In this document: one piece after another, positions 1 to 9,906 of the stretch
How the letters are laid out: every line of letters begins with the position of its first letter
Position numbering within the stretch: the stretch's first letter is position 1
Virus record (IMG/VR): IMGVR_UViG_3300021093_006163
Length of the DNA stretch: 64,000 bases
Source of the DNA: an uncultured virus (IMG/VR IMGVR_UViG_3300021093_006163)
Taxonomy: Duplodnaviria > Heunggongvirae > Uroviricota > Caudoviricetes
Strand: one strand, 5' to 3'
Program-made: the position numbers and the translations under genes
The notes under the pieces: model-generated
Databases searched by the model: none
The model's input: only the letters and a program-made list of their open reading frames with translations
What the model was told of the DNA's origin: nothing

Positions 1-232
1 CGATGATGAGGAAGCCCTTCGCCTCCCCCATCAGCCTCTTTGTCGTCGCGTTGTCGTACGAGAAGTCAAGGACGACGACATTCTTACCCTTCACGTCTGG
101 GGGTGGCTCACCGTACTTCGCAGCGTGGTACTCCGACCTGTCACCGAGGAGCTTCCAGGCCGAGTAGGCTGCGCCAAAGCCGTCGGTGCAGTTTGCGTGG
201 TAGATTACAAGGTCTACGCTATGAGGGTCCAT
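1..232 (-). CDS. DHH-family phosphoesterase (NrnB/DHHA1-like), 3' end outside window
   Basis: Not in ORF track. Manual translation from ATG at 232 (overlapping the tdk stop, TAATG) gives MDPHSVDLVIYHANCTDGFGAAYSAW...VVVLDFSY...FLII, matching the YHxxCxDG and DF motifs of this family. Confidence 0.75.
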   Translation of the reverse strand, partial: MDPHSVDLVIYHANCTDGFGAAYSAWKLLGDRSEYHAAKYGEPPPDVKGKNVVVLDFSYDNATTKRLMGEAKGFLII

Positions 233-804
233 TAGAAATCCTGCACACGATTGTGGTGATGCCAGCACTTTGGCTCATAGAGCTCTGCACCGCCGATTGC
301 GATCTCGCTCAAGTCTTCGACTTTGCGTGCTGTGAAATACGCATCTGCTCCACACGTGGTGCAAACAGCAGAGCATTTCTCAACATGAGTCGCCCAGGGC
401 AAGAGCTCCTTTATCTCATCAAAAACATTGCAAGATGCTGACATCTCAATCGAGGAGATCACAACAGTAAATCCCGTTCGGTATAAAGAAATCAGAGCAT
501 CTGCAACGCCATCAATTAGAAATGCCTCATCGACAGCAATAACATCGGGGCGTTTGTCTTGTGAAGTAACAATCCTGAGAATGTCTTCACCTTTGGAAAC
601 GTTGATTGCTGGTATTTTTGCACCGTTATGTGTGCAAATCTCACTTTCAGCGTATCTGTCATCGAGCCCAGGCTTGAAAGCAAGAATTTTTAGACCCTTA
701 TATCTGAACCTATCGACAAGAGCAATGAGCCGTGTTGTCTTAGACCCCATCATAGGACCAGTAAAAACATAGAACGCAGGATTGATCATTTGAGCTTCCA
801 CCAC
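232..804 (-). CDS. tdk: thymidine kinase (likely start at 789, MINPAF)
   Basis: GPMMGSKTT P-loop, VDEAF Walker B, CxxCG zinc site, IGGAELYEPKC motif. Confidence 0.93.
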   Translation of the reverse strand: MVEAQMINPAFYVFTGPMMGSKTTRLIALVDRFRYKGLKILAFKPGLDDRYAESEICTHNGAKIPAINVSKGEDILRIVTSQDKRPDVIAVDEAFLIDGVADALISLYRTGFTVVISSIEMSASCNVFDEIKELLPWATHVEKCSAVCTTCGADAYFTARKVEDLSEIAIGGAELYEPKCWHHHNRVQDF

Positions 805-1781
805 TTTAGAGTCCTCTCAAGTCCGTCCCAGAACGTGACCTTTGGTACATATCCAAAGTCACGCTGAGCAGCGCTGTAATCTCCTAGCGTGTGCATTACG
901 TCTCCTGCGCGCCACGGCGCGTCGACTATATTAACATCTTTGAACAGGTTTCGCAGGAACTCGAGAATTTCTCGATTTGTGGTCCTCTCTCCGCAGCAAA
1001 CGTTATAACACTCCCCCGAAAAAATTCTGTCAGAAAAAGCAGAAAGAACATTGGCGTCGACGACGTTCTCAACATAGCACATATCACGAGATTGACTTCC
1101 GTCTCCATCAGATCGCAGAGAGCGACCATCAACTATCGCATTGCACCATGCAGACACTGCTGTCGAGTAAGGAGAATCTCCAAGCTGTCCCGGGCCAAAG
1201 ACGTTAAAATATCTAAGAAGCACAACATCAAGCTGATATAGTGAGCTAAAAAGTCTAGAAAAGTCTTCAAGGCAGGACTTTTGAAGTGCATACGGTGATT
1301 TTGGATTTTTAGGCTCATTCTCAGAAGTTGGCAGATTCTCGGCTCCTCCGTAAACAGAAGAAGACGAAGCAGCAACAACACGCCTGACATTTCCTACACA
1401 AGCACTCAAAAGCTCAACAGACTTCATAAGATTTTCGTCCGTTGTCTCAACAGGATGCTCCACCGAGAAAGAGACACGTGGTACTGCCGCCTGATGGAAA
1501 ACTACATCATAATATTTTTTCTGGATTCTCGACAAAATCACAGGAGAGGCAAAATCGTTTTCAATGACCCAAACCTGGGTGTCGGGTCTTTCGTGATTCT
1601 GAGATTCATAGATTTCTATCAGATCTCCGATAAATGTTCTTACATTCAATTCTGATAAATTGCTTAAAAATCCGTTTGTCATGTTATCAACTACATCGAC
1701 AGTGTGGCCTTCAGAGACAAGCCTTTTTACAAGATTAGATCCGATAAATCCGGCTCCGCCGGTGACAAGTACATGTGACAT
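786..1781 (-). CDS. NAD-dependent nucleotide-sugar epimerase/dehydratase (extended SDR)
   Basis: TGGAGFIGS, ASSSSVYG, YALQK (YxxxK), LRYFNVFGP, GDGSQSRD. Confidence 0.92.
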   Translation of the reverse strand: MSHVLVTGGAGFIGSNLVKRLVSEGHTVDVVDNMTNGFLSNLSELNVRTFIGDLIEIYESQNHERPDTQVWVIENDFASPVILSRIQKKYYDVVFHQAAVPRVSFSVEHPVETTDENLMKSVELLSACVGNVRRVVAASSSSVYGGAENLPTSENEPKNPKSPYALQKSCLEDFSRLFSSLYQLDVVLLRYFNVFGPGQLGDSPYSTAVSAWCNAIVDGRSLRSDGDGSQSRDMCYVENVVDANVLSAFSDRIFSGECYNVCCGERTTNREILEFLRNLFKDVNIVDAPWRAGDVMHTLGDYSAAQRDFGYVPKVTFWDGLERTLKWWKLK

Positions 1782-1818
1782 GTGTTATACGATAGCTCCT
1801 ATTCTCAATATTAACACG

Positions 1819-2691
1819 CTACGGGATGATGTGCGCACAATTTAGATTTACTCGCATCTTAATGCCTCTTTGATTGGCACCAATCAGTGATTGCGCCTTA
1901 AATCCGATGTGAACAAGAGCATCAAGATCTATTTTCAAATTCTTCGGTACGTTGGTTGACCTGCACGTGACATCGAGAATGTCGTGTTCTGGTCTGTGAA
2001 CAAATCGAACATACGATATGCAGCTTGAATTTGCGGTGATAAACCTTCTTGATCCAGCAGCCTGACCAGATTCAAGCTCTTTTACGATCCTTCCCATAAG
2101 ATCGTCGTTGATCTGCCTATAGTATTCCTCTTCACCCGGTACTTCGAGAGTGCTTGGTCCAAGATCATCAGACTGAGATGCAGTCACTTCAAACTTCAAA
2201 TCAAGGGATTCATTTCGCCCTGTGGAAGCAAGCGCATTCTCTGCGTATTTTGCCAGCTTTTCCGTGTTCACAAATTCTCTGCTGCAAACAATATCACGAA
2301 TAGCCTCAGGATCGGGCGCCGTCTTGCATACAATCACAGAAGGATGGTCTCTCAGCGCCAGAGATTGCGCATTGAATTCTTCCCACGTGGTCCGTAGTGA
2401 ACCAAGGTCGTGCATCTCATCGCCCCTGGCAGCAAACCGCGCTTCGACTGTGCTCCACTCCGGTGCAAGAAAGACGACAATATTGTTCAAATCATCGAGG
2501 AATCGATGAAGCTCTCCGGCCTCGCGGCTATTGTCCCGACCAAAGATCTTTGGGTACACAGCACGACTGATGTGACCTCGATCTCGGATGTCATACCTAA
2601 AGTTTGTCGACTTGTGGAGTTGACAGTAGAAAGTTGATTTTCCTGAGAGATCGCAACCCTCGAGCACGATCTGCCTTGTTGGTAGCCTCAT
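1819..2691 (-). CDS. dNMP kinase-like domain fused to a truncated thymidylate-synthase-fold domain
   Basis: N-terminal LEGCDLSGKST and DRGHIS; C-terminal SRR...SC...RSTNV...D...AH aligns by eye to ThyA SRR/PC/RSCD/N/TH motifs. Confidence 0.65.
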   Translation of the reverse strand: MRLPTRQIVLEGCDLSGKSTFYCQLHKSTNFRYDIRDRGHISRAVYPKIFGRDNSREAGELHRFLDDLNNIVVFLAPEWSTVEARFAARGDEMHDLGSLRTTWEEFNAQSLALRDHPSVIVCKTAPDPEAIRDIVCSREFVNTEKLAKYAENALASTGRNESLDLKFEVTASQSDDLGPSTLEVPGEEEYYRQINDDLMGRIVKELESGQAAGSRRFITANSSCISYVRFVHRPEHDILDVTCRSTNVPKNLKIDLDALVHIGFKAQSLIGANQRGIKMRVNLNCAHIIP

Positions 2692-5600
2692 ACCTGAATC
2701 TTCCTCATCTTGTTGTTGTTTGTGGAGAATCCCCAGTTCGGATCCTTGCTGACCTCTGCGATGTAGATCTCATAGTGGTTCAGCGGCATCTCACCCCAGA
2801 TCCGCAGGTTGACTGTCTGCATCTCATTATCGCACACCTGGGCACGAATGAAACCCTTGCCGTTCTTGGTCTTCTTTACATTGAAGTCCTTCACCAGGAA
2901 CCAGCAGATCCCCTTCTCGTTGTCGCCAACCTCAGTGATCGGTCCGACCTGTGCCTTTTTGATCTTCGCGATAATGTCCTCGGGGAACATCAGGTCCTCA
3001 CGGGAGGTTGATGTAAGATCGAAGTACATCTTCAGCTTCTCAGATCGAGTCCAGTCAGGAAGATTCTCATAGTTCTCGAACAGCTTCCAGAACGTGACCT
3101 CGGGCTGACGACCTTCCTTGAGCAGCTTCTTCATCTCAGTCTTAGTGTATCCGAACCGGCCACGCCTGAGGATGTCGTAGTTCTTCTCCTCAGTCAAGGT
3201 CGCCAGAAGCTGCCTGTGATTTGTCACCTTTCCAGACTTGAAGTCTTCCAGAGATCGTAGCGCCTCGACACTGCAAAGAGAGGTGAGTGTGGTCTTGTTC
3301 ACCTTTGAGTGCCTCCATGCACCGTCCTCTGTATACAACATGGATTCAATCGAGACATAGGGTCGATTATCCATGATCTCAGCGACAGCAGTCTCACCAA
3401 CACCCTTGATCGAGGATAGAGGTGGAACGAAGCCCTGTAGCTCGTGACTGTACATCCAGACAAGACCCGAGCTGTTAATATCAGGCGGATGGATCTTGAA
3501 TCCCTGCTCCTTGATCTCAGTGGCAACCTTGGCAAGGCCATCAGGATTAGTGTTCTCGGACTGAAGGCAGGTGGCAAGCCACTCCTCCTCGTAGTGCTTG
3601 TGAAGCCAAGCAGCGTAGTAGGAATCGACAGCGTAAGATACAGAGTGCGACTTGTTGAAGCCGTAAGCTGAGAATGCCTCGATTGTCTCGTAGAGCTCCG
3701 TAGCATCCTTGACGGACATACCGTTCAGATTGACCGCGCCATCAACGAACCGTTTGCGCAGATCCTCGCGTTCCTTTGCCTTCTTCTCATTCATGTCAAG
3801 GGACTTCTTGACCAGTGTCTTACGCATCTGGTCAGATTCGCCTGGATTGAATCCAGCAAGCTTCTGTGCCAAGAGCATGAACTGCTCCTGGTAGACGACG
3901 AATCCGTGCGTCGGACCAAGCACATCCTTCAGAAGCGGATGTTTGTAGGTTGCAAGGCCCTTGTTCTTGACCTCGACGTACTTCTTGTGGACGCCTGCGG
4001 CGAGAGGGCCCGGACGGTAGATAGCTGTGATGGCAGACAGATCCTCGATCGAGGTGGGCTTTGCCTCGAGGCAGAACTTGCGAGCACCGCTGTTGGTGAA
4101 CTGGAAGACCTGAGTGAACCGGCCCTCGTGGTAGACGTGCTTCCAGACATCCTGATCATCCAGCTCATTGTAACGGATGTTGAGGTTCTTGTCGAAGAAG
4201 TCCTTGACCTGCGCAAAGGTCGGATCCTTGATGCCATGCCGCGTCTGGAGGACCATTCGAATGCAGTCCTCGACCATCTTCAGAAGCGAGAGACCAAGGA
4301 AGTCGAACTTGAGGAAGCCGTTCTCCTCGAGATGCCGGAAGTTCATGCCCTCAGACCACGGTGTCTGGATCTCGCCGCGAACTGAGATGACCGGCATATG
4401 GTCCTCAAGCTTTGGGCAGATGAGAACACCGCCAGCATGTCGACCGATCGACCTCGTCTCCATGAAGAGCGACTGGACCTGTTCACAGAGCTCCGGATGC
4501 TTCTCCATGAAGATCTTGTACTTCTCAGAGTACTTCATGCAATCAGCGTGCGATAGGACGTAGGTGCTCTTTTCCTCGTGGTCACCCAGTGCCCTGTGCA
4601 TGACGTCATCCTGCAGCGGCCCAGTGACCTCGTTCACCTCCTCGAATGGAATACCGTGGAACTTAGCGATGTCCTTGATCAGGGACTTCAACTTCAGAGT
4701 GTTGAAGTTCGAGACCGGAACAACGGAGTCCTCACCAAACAGCTTGCGCGCCTCATCGATCAGGACATCACGATCACCGACGTCAGTGTCGATGTCGGGC
4801 CACGCGACCTTGTGGCGACCGAGGAACCTCTCCCAGAGGAGGTCGTACTTGATCGGATCGACCGATGTGATGCCGAGGACGTAGTTGACCAGAGATCCTG
4901 CACCCGATCCGCGGCCAGGACCGATTAGGGTCCGATGCTGCGCGCGGTCGAAGACGAAGTAGAGCGTGAGGAAGTAGTTCTCAAACTTGAGATACTTGAT
5001 GTCATCAAGTTCCATCTTCAGTCGTTCAACGTACTCAGGCTTCGTGTGAAGACCGAGCTCAACAAGTCCTTTCTTGCACATGTCAAGGAGCTGGTTGAAA
5101 GCCGTCTGCTCAGGCTTGTTGAAGCTCGGGAGCTTTGCAGAAGAATCGAAGGTGACCTCCTCGCACTTTTCCCACGCAATGTCATGAGTCCGCTCGATCG
5201 ACTCCTTGACCAGGAGCTCAGTGTCCCTGTAGAAGTCATGCTGGTCCTTGTGAGCCAGGTACTCATCCCACATCTGCTGTGCATTCTTGGGATACAGCTC
5301 GCACTTGAGCTCATCAAACGTGGGAAGCACCTGCTTCTGCATGTCATCAGATCGACCGCCCATGCGGCCCAACTTCTTGTAGAGCTCACGCGCCTGCCAG
5401 ACATTCGGGCTGTAGTAATGAGAGTCCGCAGTGGCGATGGTCTTAATTCCGGTGCGCTTTGAGAGCTCAATCAGGTGTTTGTTCGTCGTGTGCTGGATGT
5501 CGAGCTTGTTGAATTGAAGCTCAAGGAAGAAGTTATCAACACCGACAGCATCGACAAATTTGTCAGTGTGATTCTGGAGCTCACGCTGAATCTGCTCAAA

Positions 5601-6271
5601 AGGCTTCTTCAGCGCCTCGCCTCGGATTGAAGTAGAGGCAAGCAGACCACCGACACAAGCTGTGGAGACAACGAGTCCCTCGCTGTGCTGCTTGAGCATG
5701 TTGTAGTCGATGCGAGGAAACTTGTAATAACCCTCGACATAGGACCGTTTGACAAGATTGAACAAGTTCTTGAGACCAGTTCGATTCTTGGCAAAAACGA
5801 CCAGATGATACCGCCGCTTCCATTCATCAGCATCATCAGCATCTACGGTCTTGGTCTCCTCCTCGTCCTCGACAACAAGGCCGCCGGTCACCTCCTCCTC
5901 GGCAAGGATGTCAACCTGTTCGGGCTTCCCCTCCTCGTTCTTGGCGCGCTTCGCCTCGAAGTGAGCAGCACGCTTCTTCTCCCAGTCGAGAAGGGACGGA
6001 ACGAAGTAGAACTCAACACCGTAAAGCTGCCGGTACTTTCGGCCCTTACCCTTTATCTTCTTGGAATAGGTGTGTGCATGAGCGAGACCATTGCCGCTGC
6101 CGTGATCGGTCAGCGCCCAAGCATCCATTCCGTTCTGGAGGACGAAGTCGATGTGACGATCAGGATAGCCAAGTCCATCATTTACAGCATTCAGGAGAAG
6201 CCGGAGTGCGCATGCAAACCGACAAATCGGTTAGGCGCACAAACCGGCTTCTCAGAGCTCCAGTTTGACAT
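2688..6271 (-). CDS. dnaE: DNA polymerase III alpha subunit; main ORF 2688..6128, N-terminal PHP motif on a separate frame at 6191..6271
   Basis: ALTDHG, GPGRGSGAGSLV, PDIDTD, KFDFLGL, YGFNKSH, C-terminal OB fold. Upstream 26-codon ORF ends FVGLHAHSGFS-stop. Confidence 0.93.
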
Positions 6272-6307
6272 TTTTATTCTTCCCTACGTGTGAATTTTTA
6301 TATCACT

Positions 6308-6336
6308 ATCTTACAATGAAATCAAGTAGAATACAA
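6308..6336 (-). promoter_or_regulatory. sigma70-like promoter upstream of dnaE
   Basis: TTGTAT-N17-TAAGAT on the minus strand. Confidence 0.45.
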
Positions 6337-6337
6337 G

Positions 6338-6838
6338 TTAGCTGTCGAAAGCAATGACCATTCGGATCTTATCAGATAGATCCTGGTCTCCTACAATCTC
6401 AGCAAGCGTTCCTGCCCAGGTCATCTCTTTGTATTGATTCTCAGGACCTGGCAGAAAGATTCGAGACACTTCCATCTTAGGATCTGGAATGGTCTCATGG
6501 TAGTGGTCAGCAGCAAAGAGATCCTCGGGCGCAACGTTCTCACCGTCGTCCTTCTTGTACATCAGGAAGAGCTCGCGATTTGCTTGCTTGACCTCTTCGG
6601 GTGTCAACCACGTGTGGCTGTGAAGATCGCTCCCCCAGGCATCAACAAGCTGATGCCAGGCATTAGAGCTGTTATCAGGGACGCCTCGGCTTTCTGTGCC
6701 TAGATTTCCAGATGGGTACCTGACACCAGCGATGAGACCGAACCACCAGTAGCTTCGAGCATCATTGATGAGTTCAAATGCAATCCAGGCGCCCTCGGGC
6801 GACCTGAATTCCCAAAATCCGTGGATATCGCAACCCAT
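6338..6838 (-). CDS. hypothetical phage protein (MGCDIH... type)
   Basis: ORF with AGGAG RBS and upstream TGcTAGAAT extended -10; MGCDIH start and C-terminal FD motif. Confidence 0.75.
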   Translation of the reverse strand: MGCDIHGFWEFRSPEGAWIAFELINDARSYWWFGLIAGVRYPSGNLGTESRGVPDNSSNAWHQLVDAWGSDLHSHTWLTPEEVKQANRELFLMYKKDDGENVAPEDLFAADHYHETIPDPKMEVSRIFLPGPENQYKEMTWAGTLAEIVGDQDLSDKIRMVIAFDS

Positions 6839-6868
6839 GTCCTGGCTCCTATGGATTCATTCTAGCAC

Positions 6869-6904
6869 AAAAATGGACCGTCGCACGAGAGCGTGCGAGG
6901 TCCA
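6869..6904 (-). terminator. Rho-independent terminator
   Basis: Minus strand TGGACC-TCGCACG / CGTGCGA-C-GGTCCA hairpin followed by TTTTT. Confidence 0.7.
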
Positions 6905-6928
6905 GCCTGTTTTATCGCTGACCAGCGA

Positions 6929-7534
6929 TTAGTATCCGCCTGGGCCCTCGTTCTTTCTCGCAGGCTTTCCCTTCACAGCCATGATGGCAGCGTTGACGAC
7001 GGCGTCAGGGTTGTCTGCCCAATTTGCCATCTTCTTGAGCTCTTCATAGGAGGCACCCTTCTCGATGGCCTTTGCCATTGCTGATGTTGCCTTGTATGTC
7101 TCACCGCGGTACTTGCCCTTGACAACACGACCGTTCTTCTTCTTGCCTTCCATCATTGGCATGTCCATGTATCCTATTGCGCTGTGAGAAGACATTGGCA
7201 TTTCAGGAGGCATTTCCGGCTGATTGAACTTGTGATATTCATACCTAAGGTAGTCATGCACAGTCCCCATCATTGAATCAATAACAGCAATCTTCTCCTG
7301 CACCCACTCAGGAAGGTCATCGTAATCGTTGATCATGTCATGAAGCTCATGTGCCTTTTGACCTGTTGTGAACAGATTTGACTTAATCATTCCGGTCTCT
7401 TCTCCCGGAGAATTATCATGGAAAACTCTACCCTGCGGAGTTCCCATGTGATCCTGATGCATCTGGTCAATGCCCATCTCATGCATCTCTCTGAGAACCA
7501 TCTTTCTAATCTTTAGTCTATCAATTGGTGACAT
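6929..7534 (-). CDS. hypothetical protein, possible internal head protein
   Basis: ATAATTA motif upstream; N-terminal KIRKMVLREM helix; LPEWVQEKI motif. Confidence 0.7.
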   Translation of the reverse strand: MSPIDRLKIRKMVLREMHEMGIDQMHQDHMGTPQGRVFHDNSPGEETGMIKSNLFTTGQKAHELHDMINDYDDLPEWVQEKIAVIDSMMGTVHDYLRYEYHKFNQPEMPPEMPMSSHSAIGYMDMPMMEGKKKNGRVVKGKYRGETYKATSAMAKAIEKGASYEELKKMANWADNPDAVVNAAIMAVKGKPARKNEGPGGY

Positions 7535-7583
7535 TGCTCGCCTCTGTGCTCTAATTATACACCAGAGGCGAGCAATTTCCTAC

Positions 7584-8018
7584 TTACTCAATGTGACCGT
7601 AGTAGGGCTCAAAGAGAGGCTTCCCTGCCTCAACGGAGCGCTGCAGGTAATCGCGGAGCTCGTCGTAGGATGTGGTGACCTTGACACCGGACTGTGCCAG
7701 CATCAGGTTGAAGTTGCCGGTGAGCCCCTGGGCGAAGTAGACGATCGGAACATTGGCATTGTATGCCACGCCGGCCTCAAAGATCGTCCCCATGTCCTTG
7801 TCACGGGTGTTGCACAGGACGAAGTCTGCAGTGCGAATGTGATCGACATTGCCCTTGAACGTGTCCTTCTGGACATCGAGCGGCGCGCTGGGCGGGCAGA
7901 TGAAGATCTTGCGAGGTGAGGCCACATTTAGGCCGAGCTCTTCGAGCAGAACTTCCAGTGCCTCGACCTCTTCGAGTGCCTTGGGGGTGAACCATCCAGA
8001 TGCGAGATAAACCTTCAT
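7584..8018 (-). CDS. nucleoside 2-deoxyribosyltransferase / nucleotide N-hydrolase family (likely start MKVYLASG)
   Basis: KVYLASGWF, ADFV, DMGTIFEAGVAY, NLML motifs. Confidence 0.82.
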   Translation of the reverse strand: MKVYLASGWFTPKALEEVEALEVLLEELGLNVASPRKIFICPPSAPLDVQKDTFKGNVDHIRTADFVLCNTRDKDMGTIFEAGVAYNANVPIVYFAQGLTGNFNLMLAQSGVKVTTSYDELRDYLQRSVEAGKPLFEPYYGHIE

Positions 8019-8019
8019 G

Positions 8020-8970
8020 TTATGCTTCCTTATTGTTCCTGTAGTTAGTAACGATTGTATCAATGTCTGAGAGGACCTCGTTCCAGTGCTTGCGGAAGTG
8101 AGGAACGCCACCACCAGTTCCGTTCATGTCGTCACGAGTCGCCTGATAGATCGTGTCATCTGGGTGATAGGTGAGGTGCTTCTCACTGTCATCATCGGGC
8201 CAGTAGAGGTTGGTACCCGTGCCATTGCGGAACGTCTTGATGTAGTGCCAAGCAGGCTCGCGAAGGTTGATCGCAACGTGTGCCTCAGGGAAGACTCGGA
8301 GGATCTCACGTGCCATGAGAGCCGCGAGCATGTTGTCCTCCTCGGGCTGGATCTGCTTGTCCTGGCGCTGCTTGATGAACATGAAGGCATCCCTGATGTT
8401 CATGCGCATGTAGTAGAAAGTCTCGAGGCACTTCGGGAGGATATGACGAGCATCCATGAGAGAGATCTTCTGGGAGTCGACCATATCAACGTAAAGTGCC
8501 TTTGCATCCTCTACGTGATTCTTCCAGCGCTTGTAGAACTCCGGGCTATTCTGGATAGAGCCTGGAACAAGGCTGCGCTCGTGAGAGAGCCAGCGGTCAC
8601 CTGTGCACTGTGCAGCAAAAGATCCAGCACGATGGCGGATGAGATGAGTCACAGTTTGTGTATCAATTCCGCCAACAAGGAACGTGAGACCAATCAGCTC
8701 CATTGCTGCCGGAAGCGCACGACCTGCAAAGACATCCTCCAGGGTCTTTGAGAGATCCGCATCAGAAGCCTCAGCATAGGGAACATGCTTGTCAGCCCAT
8801 GTGGACTTTACGAAACAATAAACGGCCTGGCGGATTGTCTTTGGATCAGGGCTGTCTACGAGCTCGAGCTTGAGTGCATCGAGGCTGTTGATAAACTCAG
8901 TTGTAGGCCGCTCGTCGAAACGAATGGCCATGGGAAGAGTAATCGGTTGAAGATCAAGATTTTGAGGCAT
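8020..8970 (-). CDS. divergent ThyX-family flavin-dependent enzyme
   Basis: HLIRHRAGSFAAQC (RHR motif) and DARHILP; Cys at the usual Ser position. Confidence 0.72.
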   Translation of the reverse strand: MPQNLDLQPITLPMAIRFDERPTTEFINSLDALKLELVDSPDPKTIRQAVYCFVKSTWADKHVPYAEASDADLSKTLEDVFAGRALPAAMELIGLTFLVGGIDTQTVTHLIRHRAGSFAAQCTGDRWLSHERSLVPGSIQNSPEFYKRWKNHVEDAKALYVDMVDSQKISLMDARHILPKCLETFYYMRMNIRDAFMFIKQRQDKQIQPEEDNMLAALMAREILRVFPEAHVAINLREPAWHYIKTFRNGTGTNLYWPDDDSEKHLTYHPDDTIYQATRDDMNGTGGGVPHFRKHWNEVLSDIDTIVTNYRNNKEA

Positions 8971-8979
8971 TAATTTCTC

Positions 8980-9897
8980 CTATCGAAGATTATCGATGAT
9001 TTTGGTCAAGTTTTCAACTAGAATCACACCCTCTTGACGCTGGAGTGATTTATTGTAGGGCTGAACGGGGCTAAAGGTCTTGAGGCCGTGGGAGGCAAAC
9101 TCTGCTGCATGCTTTGGCGAGTCATCAACGCAAAACGCAACGTGCCCAGCAAACTTTGACTGAATGATCCAGAGGAACTTCTCTCCGCTGAAAGCAACGT
9201 CATCAAAATAGAGACCTGAATTATGAAGCCAGCGTGCTGTGTCAAAAAGACAAAGAGGATTATCTGCAGGACGTGCTGTGAGGATCTGAACCCAATATCC
9301 GAGGCGCTGAAGCTCATGTGTGAACTCGGCGGCGTCACTGACTGCAGGAATGTCGCGAAGCTTGCGCTCTGCTATGAACTCTTTAAAGAGGCTCTCTGTG
9401 TTATGTCCTAGATTTTGGGCTGCTGATGCAGCATAATATTCCGGACAGTCATACGAGATTACTGCTCCCTTTGTCTCAGCAAGCCACTCAAAGAAAGCGC
9501 GTCTAAACTCTGCAAGGACATCATCCATGTCAAGGATGACTACTGGACGACCATCCCAGGTCTTCTTTGAGAGATTGTGCCTGAAATGAAGGTAGGCATC
9601 CTTGTCCTCGAAGGCATCAATGAACTCTCTCTCATTGATGTCCCAAACATTCATGATTGCCACAAGGTACCTGATCACGTCAATGCTCTCATACAGGATC
9701 TTTGTCCGATCTGGCATCTTGCGATCCATCCGGTGATCCTTGAAATTGATCGATGACACAAGATCTGATACTTCAGAATGCAATTCAAGAGCGAATGATT
9801 TTGTCATCTGCTCCTTTTCTGCATCTGTGAATGTCCTACTATCGAAGAAAAGATTAGAGAATGCACGCTGACATTGCAGTATCTCTTTTAGGGTCAC
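8980..9897 (-). CDS. all-alpha NTP pyrophosphatase (dUTPase/MazG-like) fused to HAD 5'(3')-deoxyribonucleotidase
   Basis: LHSEVSDL...YESIDVIRY in the N-terminus; LDMDDVL, ILTARP, VDDSPK in the C-terminus. Confidence 0.78.
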   Translation of the reverse strand: MTLKEILQCQRAFSNLFFDSRTFTDAEKEQMTKSFALELHSEVSDLVSSINFKDHRMDRKMPDRTKILYESIDVIRYLVAIMNVWDINEREFIDAFEDKDAYLHFRHNLSKKTWDGRPVVILDMDDVLAEFRRAFFEWLAETKGAVISYDCPEYYAASAAQNLGHNTESLFKEFIAERKLRDIPAVSDAAEFTHELQRLGYWVQILTARPADNPLCLFDTARWLHNSGLYFDDVAFSGEKFLWIIQSKFAGHVAFCVDDSPKHAAEFASHGLKTFSPVQPYNKSLQRQEGVILVENLTKIIDNLR

Positions 9898-9906
9898 GTT
9901 AGTCCT

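Noticed and set aside
6182..6193. Stop-codon reassignment as an explanation for the dnaE break
   Set aside because: Read-through would not fix the frame, and TAA, TAG and TGA all end conserved genes at expected positions elsewhere in the window.
6191..6196. UCC-UGA antizyme-like +1 frameshift site
   Set aside because: The +1 frame reaches another stop after four codons; the dnaE frame needs -1 or +2.
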